Below, one piece after another: positions 55,876 to 64,000 of a stretch of 64,000 nt of DNA; within the stretch, counting starts at the first letter, position 1, and each line of letters opens with the position of its first letter. A program made the translations under genes and the position numbers. The notes under the pieces were generated by a model. That model was not told the origin of the DNA, made no database searches, and was given only the letters and a program-made list of their open reading frames with translations. Source of the stretch: Eledone cirrhosa (taxonomy: Eukaryota); NCBI GenBank assembly GCA_964016885.1, contig OZ024764.1, positions 12,152,001 to 12,216,000 of the forward strand, read 5' to 3'.

Positions 55876-55907
55876 ATATATATATATCTCTCTCTCTATA
55901 TATATAT

Positions 55908-56199
55908 ATAAACGTTTGTATATGTATAATAAAGCCAAAACAATGCAGGTATGGACATAGAATAAAGAATGCAAATGCAAAAGATATTGTTGACAATTAC
56001 TTTTTTACCTTAGATTTATTTAAATGGACATTTAAATAGGACATTTAAATAAATCTAAGTTAAAAGACTAATTGTCAACAATATCTTTTGCATTTGCATT
56101 CTTTATTCTACGTCCATACCTGCATTGTTTTGGCTTTATTATACATATACAAACGTTTATACCTCATTACACAATGCTTCAAGTGAACTATAACCTTCT

Positions 56200-56201
<2 letters not shown>
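55908..56201. mobile_element. Fold-back element with arms of about 115 bp plus a 3' tail of about 40 nt
   Basis: Arms 55908-56024 and 56043-56160; tail acctcattacacaatgcttcaagtgaactataaccttctcc-(ta)n. Confidence 0.7.
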
Positions 56202-56270
<69 letters not shown>

Positions 56271-56299
56271 GTATGTATATATATATGTGTTTCTCTTTA

Positions 56300-56497
56300 T
56301 CCTGATGTCAAATACATTTTTGACTGAGATATGAGAACACAGAGCCAGAACCAAGCAAAGTCCCAGAGGAGACTGCAGTTGCCATGTATGCACCAGAGTG
56401 TGCAGGTCTTTGGCTGTTTTCAAGGGCCACGTTCCTGCTTTGCGTTTTTGAGCATTTTATCATGTGATGGCAATACTCGAACACAAGTTTGCGGCCA
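56300..56497 (+). mobile_element. Diverged RTE-derived 3' fragment
   Basis: Zinc-finger remnant CHVCTRVCRSLAVFKGH and 3' end gcaatactcgaacacaagtttgcggcca. Confidence 0.55.
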
Positions 56498-56665
56498 AGA
56501 GGGTCGGACGCCATGCTTTGCAGCAAAGAGTTACGGCCCTTTATGGTCTGAGTTCAAATCCCGCCGAGGTTAACTTTGCCTTTCATCCTTACGGGGCCCG
56601 ATAAAATAAAGTACCAGTAATACACTGGGATAATTGCTGGCCTTGTGCCAAAAGTAGAAACAATT
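56498..56665 (+). mobile_element. SINE family 1, 5'-truncated
   Basis: Homology to the other copies; B-box gagttcaaatcc. Confidence 0.9.
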
Positions 56666-56767
56666 ATGTTTGTATGCATGTATGTATGTATGTATGTATG
56701 TATGTATGTATGCATGCATGCATGCATGTATGTATGTATGTATGTATGTATGTATGTATGTATGTAT

Positions 56768-57940
56768 GATTGCGATCTTGTAGCGCACACAGAGAGTGAT
56801 ATGCAGCACATTTTGAATGTATTTTCTGACGCTTGCACTGCCCTGGGTTTGACTGTCAGTCTCAAGAAAACCGTCGTCATGTACCAACCTGCACCTGGTA
56901 GGCAGTACACTGAACCAAACATCTATGTGTATGGCAAACGACTTGGAGTGGTTGATCAGTTTGTCTACCTGGGAAGCACTGTCAATCGATACGGCAACCT
57001 TGACAGTGAAATCTCACTTAGGATTAGGAAAGCAAGTGATGCTTTCGGAAAGCTAGAAAGGCGACTCTGGGGTCGGCGAGACATATGCAGGAGGACAAAG
57101 GTAAAGGTGTACAGGGCATGTGTACTCTCTTGTCTTCTTTATGCCTGCGAGACCTGGGTCACATATCGACGCCACCTTAAGCAATTGGAGCGTTTCCATC
57201 AGATGTGTCTCAGACGGATACATGGCGTTCGCTGGAGGGACCACATCAGTGATGTCGAGATTTTGGAAAGCTCTATGTGTGACAGTATAGAAGCTCTTGT
57301 GCTTAAGCAGCGACTCCGTTGGAGTGGTCACCTTGCCAGGATGAAGGATTCTAGAATACCAAAACAACTCTTCTATGGAGAGTTGGTTAAAGGAAAACGA
57401 CCGCCACATAAACCAAAAAAGAGGTATAAGGATTCCTTGAAGGCCTCTCTGAAAGACGCTAACATCTCTGCTGATACATGGGAAAATATTGCTGCTGATC
57501 GTAATAAATGGAGAAAGACTGTATATGAGGGAAAAGTTGCCTTTGAGGCATCTCGAATCGCACACGAGAAAGTAAAGCGGGACGTGAGGAAGGGTATTGC
57601 TGTTGCACTTCCAGACGGCGAGGGTCCTCCTATGTTTCTGACATGCAGCGTCTGTGCGAGACTCTGCCTAAGCAAAGCTGGACTCGAAAGTCATCTTCGC
57701 AGTCATAAAGTAAGACCAGTGGTTGACTACCAGGCTGCTGTTGGAGATGCTACTCATCATGCTTGCCAAACATGTGGTAGAGAATGTAAATCAGCAGGAG
57801 GACTCAAGCGACATGCAAAAGTACACGAACTCCAACCACAGCCGACTATTCCCAGTAAATGTTTTGGTTGCCGACTCTGTGCAAGACATTTTGGATCATT
57901 GGCTGGGCTAAAAAGCCACATTCGATCGCAGCACTGTTAG
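56768..57940 (+). CDS. 5'-truncated RTE-clade LINE ORF: RT C-terminal part, thumb and three C2H2 zinc fingers
   Basis: Open for about 390 codons, starting at the second D of the presumed (Y/F)ADD. Motifs FVYLGS, LLYACETW, RLRWSGHLARM, CxxC..HxxxH three times. The apparent N-terminus in the ORF track is microsatellite. Confidence 0.92.
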   Translation, partial: DCDLVAHTESDMQHILNVFSDACTALGLTVSLKKTVVMYQPAPGRQYTEPNIYVYGKRLGVVDQFVYLGSTVNRYGNLDSEISLRIRKASDAFGKLERRLWGRRDICRRTKVKVYRACVLSCLLYACETWVTYRRHLKQLERFHQMCLRRIHGVRWRDHISDVEILESSMCDSIEALVLKQRLRWSGHLARMKDSRIPKQLFYGELVKGKRPPHKPKKRYKDSLKASLKDANISADTWENIAADRNKWRKTVYEGKVAFEASRIAHEKVKRDVRKGIAVALPDGEGPPMFLTCSVCARLCLSKAGLESHLRSHKVRPVVDYQAAVGDATHHACQTCGRECKSAGGLKRHAKVHELQPQPTIPSKCFGCRLCARHFGSLAGLKSHIRSQHC

Positions 57941-57948
57941 TTGCTATC

Positions 57949-57986
<38 letters not shown>

Positions 57987-58065
57987 GCTTATGTGCGTGC
58001 GTGTGTGTGTATATATATATGAATATGTATATTATTATTGTTGTTGTCGTTATTATTATTATTGC

Positions 58066-58150
<85 letters not shown>

Positions 58151-58158
58151 TGTGCAAT

Positions 58159-58191
58159 GGCCATACTCGATAACGAGGGGGCAGCCATCAT
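58159..58191 (+). mobile_element. RTE LINE 3' terminus followed by (ATGT)n
   Basis: ggccatactcgataacgagggggcagccatcat, containing the hairpin ctcg-ataa-cgag. Confidence 0.7.
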
Positions 58192-58423
58192 GTATGTATG
58201 TATGTATGTATGCATGCATGTATGTATGTATGTATGTATGTATGTATGTATGTATGTATGTATGTATGCATGCATGCATGCATGCATGCATGCATGCATG
58301 TATGTATGTATGTTTGTATGTATGTATGTATGTATATGTATCTGTGTATATGTATAGGTTTGTATGTATATATATATGTATGTATCTATGTGTATATATA
58401 TGTATGTATCTATGTGTATATGT

Positions 58424-59031
58424 CAGGTCACCAGTTGGTGCTACTGGTAACATGTATCCCAGTACAACCTGTCTCATGGTCGGGTCGTTGGCGACTAAAC
58501 TGGCAAGCCCACCAAGGTTTCTTGGTGAGGAGGGTGACTTTGGACATCCTGCAGGACTAAAAACAAAACCTATCAAAGGGCAAAGGAGCTCTTAAGAGTC
58601 AATGGCCATCCAAAATCACCGGGAGAGATGACCCCTTAGCCTTTGTCAAGGCGGAATTCTAGGAGAAGGAAAACTCTGATATAACACCTGCAACCCTGAT
58701 GGTATCCAATGATGTTAACTTGTTCTTCTTTTTGGTAAATATTATCTTGGTTAAGAGAGTGGGACTGGCTTTGTGCAGTGCCTTTGCTCACTATAAAAGC
58801 TTCACGGCACAGGCATTGCTTTATATCTGGAGATCTCTCTGCACTTGTCCTCACATGGTACCATGGGCCCAGCACTATGTGTCAATAATTGTCACAAGTG
58901 TAGTGTTTGTACCAGAGTTTTCAAGTCGCTGGCTGGACTAAAAAGTCACACTTGTTCAGCGCATCGGTAGGGGTTCTCCTACATGGATATAAAGTAGTGG
59001 CCGTACTCGAAAACGAGTTGGCAGCCACCAT
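58424..59031 (+). mobile_element. Apparently full-length non-autonomous RTE derivative of about 600 bp
   Basis: RTE-like 5' UTR motif ctaggagaaggaaaactctga, zinc-finger remnant [20 protein letters not shown] 3' terminus and ATGT tail. Two truncated copies occur elsewhere in the window. Confidence 0.8.
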
Positions 59032-59202
59032 GTATCTATGTGTATATGTATAGGTTTGTATATATATATATATATGTATGTATCTATGTGTATATGTATA
59101 GGTATGTATGTATGTATGTATATATATATATATATGTGTGTATGTATATATATATATGTATGTATCTATGTGTATATGTATACGTATGTATATGTATTGG
59201 TT

Positions 59203-59281
<79 letters not shown>

Positions 59282-59794
59282 ATATATATGTATACATACA
59301 TACATACATATAAATTCATATATATATATATATATATGAATTTATATGTGTATATATATATATAATAATATATATATATATATATATATACATAAATTTC
59401 TATATTTACATATTTTTTCTCCTTCTCACTCGATATATACACACACACACATATATATATACACACACACACACACACATATATATACATACATGTTTAC
59501 ACAGACCACCGTGACATAGGCACTCCACCTACTCAAATGATGCATGAACGTCTGCCAAATTCATTCCGGAAGTGTCATTCTATGTACACGATATCTCCGG
59601 CTTCCTCTTTGATGACGTCACAGCTACTGTGTCTGACTATACGTGTGTGGTCATTGCAAACATGGCGCTGTTCGTATACGAATATATGTATCTGTCTGTG
59701 GCTGTGTTTTTATATGGGTGCTTATACATGTGTATATATGTGTATATTGATATATGTATATAAATATATAAATATATATATATATTTGTATATG

Positions 59795-59911
<117 letters not shown>

Positions 59912-59976
59912 GTCTAAATATATTTATATATATACTGAGTGAGAAAGGGAAAACATATGTAAATAAGAAATTCATG

Positions 59977-60031
<55 letters not shown>

Positions 60032-60088
60032 ATGTCCTATTTACATATTTTTTCTCTTTCTCACTCTACTGTTTACTCGATATATATA

Positions 60089-60146
<58 letters not shown>

Positions 60147-60248
60147 TACACAAACACATTAATATATATACATACACATAAATATGTTTATATATTTTTA
60201 TATATTATACATATAATATGTATATATATATATACAAATATATATATG

Positions 60249-60322
<74 letters not shown>

Positions 60323-60495
60323 CATACATATATTTATATATATGTATATATATACGGTTCTGTTATATACTTATTATTTTACATTGTGCTATTCTCATAC
60401 TTGTAATTGGATAATATTTAATATTACGCATATTATATATACATATATATATACATACATATATATATGTATATATATATATATGTATATATATG

Positions 60496-60659
<164 letters not shown>

Positions 60660-60972
60660 TATATATATTTATGCCTTATACGTTATCTCATTGTATTACT
60701 GGTACTTTATATTTATATAATATGGTAATGAAAGGGTTAAAGTGTTCATATTTATCTAAAAATCTTCTACAAATTAATTAATTAATAACAAAATTATTCA
60801 ATTGTTTAATCTTCCCCTATTCAAAACTCCCCCCCCCCCCCCCAAAAAAAAAATCATTTAATTTCACAAAGCCTTTGTTAGGAATATCGCACCGAAAGGG
60901 TTAAATAAATTGGGAAGTCCAAGAAATTAGGGGTCATAGATAAATTCTTATTTATTATTATTTACCTCACTG

Positions 60973-61165
60973 GGGCGGTGGATTGGCAGTATCAGTAGAG
61001 GGTCGGACCCCATGCTTTGCAGCATCGAGTTGCGGTCCTTTACTGGCTGAGTTCAAATCCGGCCTTGGTCAACTTTGCCTTTCATCCTTACGGGGTCGAT
61101 AAAATAAAGTACCAGTCACGCACTGGGGTCGATTTAATCAACTTTCCCCTCCTCCCAAATTGTTT
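60973..61165 (+). mobile_element. SINE family 1, full head
   Basis: gggcggtggattggcagtatc...gagttcaaatcc...gcctttcatccttacggggtcgataaaataaagtaccag. Confidence 0.9.
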
Positions 61166-61284
61166 TCCTCACTAGCTGTTTGTGGTTACAACTGTAAGGA
61201 GTACTCGATACTTTCTCCTAGTGTGTCATAGCTCTATACGGACGTTTAAATTGAATAAAGAAATAAATTAAATTATTAATTTTT

Positions 61285-61807
61285 CCCACCTTTGAAACTC
61301 CCTCAAAAAAATCCTTGACTTTCATAAAGTCTTTGTTAGAAATATCGCAACGAAAGGGTTAAATGAAGTGGGAAGACGAAAAGATTAGGGGCTATAGATA
61401 AATAAATAAATAAATGTCCCCTAACTTCAAATCTCCCTCAAAAAAATCCTTGATTTTCACAAAGTCTTTATTAGAAATATCGTAACGAAAGGGTTAAATG
61501 AAGTGGGAAGACGAAAAGATGAGGGGCTATAGATAAATAAATAAATAAATGTCCCCTAGCTTCAAATCTCCCTCAAAAAAATCCTTGACTGACTCTCATA
61601 AAGTCTTTGTTAGAAATATCGCAACGAAAGGGTTAAATAAAGTGGGAAGACGAAAAAATTTGGGGTTAAACATAAATAAATAAATAAATGTCCCCTACCT
61701 TCAAAACTCCCTCAAAAAAATCCTTGACTTTCACAAAATCTTTGTTAGAAATATCGTAACGAAAGGGTTAAATGAAGTGGGAAGACGAAAAAATTAGGGG
61801 CTATAGA

Positions 61808-61838
<31 letters not shown>

Positions 61839-62240
61839 ATGTCCACTAACTTCAAAACTCCCTCAAAAAAAATCCTTGACTTTCACAGTCTTTGTTAGAA
61901 ATATCGCAAGGAAAGGGTTAAATAAATCGTGAAGACAAAGGAATTTAGGGGCTATAAATAAATAAATAAATGTCTCCTAACTTCAAAACTCCCTAAAAAA
62001 AATCCTTGACTTTCACAGTCTTTGTTAGAAATATCGCAAGGAAAGGGCTAAATAAATTGTGAAGACGAGGGAATTTAGGAGCTATAAATAAATAAATAAA
62101 TGTCCCCTAACTTCAAAACTCCCTTAAAAAAAATCATTGACTTTCACAGACTTTTGTTAGAAATATCGTAACGAAAGGGTTAAATGGATTGGGAAGACGA
62201 AAAATTTAGGGGTTATAGACAAATAAATAAATAAAAAGAC
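61285..62240. repeat. Tandem array of about 130-150 bp units (about 7, plus a diverged unit at 60810-60950)
   Basis: gaaagggttaa recurs at about 61352, 61487, 61626, 61761, 61911, 62041 and 62173. Unit length varies with an (AAAT)n tract. Confidence 0.92.
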
Positions 62241-62469
62241 ATAGGGTTTTGTAATGATGGAGGATATTTTTAGAAATAAAAGAGTATTTTCCCAAAAGAT
62301 AAAGGAATGGTTTAACCACATGTGTGAACGAGGAAAACTTCTGGTCTTGAGTTCGATACTGTTGTATGTTGGTAATATATATGATAAGATTGGTGTTAGA
62401 TTTTTCGGTAAATAATCTGTGAATATATATATGTATGTATGTATGTGTATATATATGCATATATATATA

Positions 62470-62616
62470 TAATTTCTCACTCTACCTATTTCCTTCACAC
62501 CCTTTCACCTCACTCTGTAACTCCCCCTCCCCCACCCCATCTAAATTTGTCAAAACTCCAAACACACAGTACCACGGGTCCCTTTCTTTCAATCACCATC
62601 CGGCATTCCATTATAT

Positions 62617-62672
<56 letters not shown>

Positions 62673-62711
62673 AGAGTATTGAAGTTTGCTTGAAGCAATG
62701 TGGAATAATAA

Positions 62712-62799
<88 letters not shown>

Positions 62800-62801
62800 G
62801 T

Positions 62802-62851
<50 letters not shown>

Positions 62852-62992
62852 AAATATATATATACATACATATATATATTTATATATATATATATACATA
62901 TATATATAAATATATATATAAATATATATATATATATGTATATATATATACATATCTACATACATATTCATATATATATATATGTATACCTT

Positions 62993-63079
<87 letters not shown>

Positions 63080-63130
63080 GTATATATATATTTATTATTC
63101 CACATTGCTTCAAGCAAACTTCAATACTCT

Positions 63131-63189
<59 letters not shown>

Positions 63190-63336
63190 ATATAATGGAA
63201 TGCCGGATGGTGATTGAAAGAAAGGGACCCGTGGTACTGTGTGTTTGGAGTTTTGACAAATTTAGATGGGGTGGGGGAGGGGGAGTTACAGAGTGAGGTG
63301 AAAGGGTGTGAAGGAAATAGGTAGAGTGAGAAATTA
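62470..63336. repeat. Palindrome of about 870 bp
   Basis: 62470-62620 is the reverse complement of 63186-63336, and 62670-62712 of 63091-63133. The aaaggtatac / gtataccttt interruption is mirrored. Confidence 0.9.
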
Positions 63337-63382
63337 TATATACATATATATTTATATGCATATATATATATATATATATATA

Positions 63383-63484
<102 letters not shown>

Positions 63485-63494
63485 TATATATATA

Positions 63495-63530
<36 letters not shown>

Positions 63531-63614
63531 GATATATATATATATATACATATCTGTATTATATATATGTATATATATATGTATATATATATCTGCATAT
63601 ATATATATATATAT

Positions 63615-63912
<298 letters not shown>

Positions 63913-64000
63913 AAAATGCTCACATAGATGCATAAATTTATACATACATAAAAACACATACATACAATTTGTAAACGAGAAGACGGAAGAAAGGAAAAAG

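Noticed and set aside
57640-57940. Host C2H2 zinc-finger transcription factor gene
   Set aside because: The fingers are in frame with RT/thumb motifs of an RTE LINE and lack TGEKP linkers.

Overview
This is eukaryotic, repeat-saturated DNA. Most of it is (TA)n, (CA)n, (TATG)n, (CTT)n, (CAC)n and (GA)n microsatellite; together with the SINE sequences this suggests a cephalopod (octopus-like) genome, which is an inference. I see no convincing host gene, and almost all of the supplied ORFs are low-complexity artefacts. The protein-coding remnants I can recognise all come from non-LTR retrotransposons: an RTE 3' half with three C2H2 fingers, an inverted RTE-like endonuclease plus 3' end, CR1-like and L1/Tx1-like 3' ends. 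The window also holds two tRNA-derived SINE families, a non-autonomous Helitron, hAT- and Tc1/mariner-type MITEs, and three transposon-derived tandem arrays (77, 138 and about 135 bp). The main hidden signal lies in the 100-600 bp 'unique' islands embedded in (TA)n tracts. Many are short, non-coding, often fold-back elements of about ten families that carry hammerhead ribozyme motifs. I folded about 16 canonical cores and about 8 core variants by hand, including compensatory U3-A8 cores. These elements share a fixed 3' tail and a fixed internal inversion point, consistent with TA-targeting non-autonomous Penelope-like or retrozyme-like elements. All folds and family assignments were made by eye, and none has been tested computationally or experimentally.
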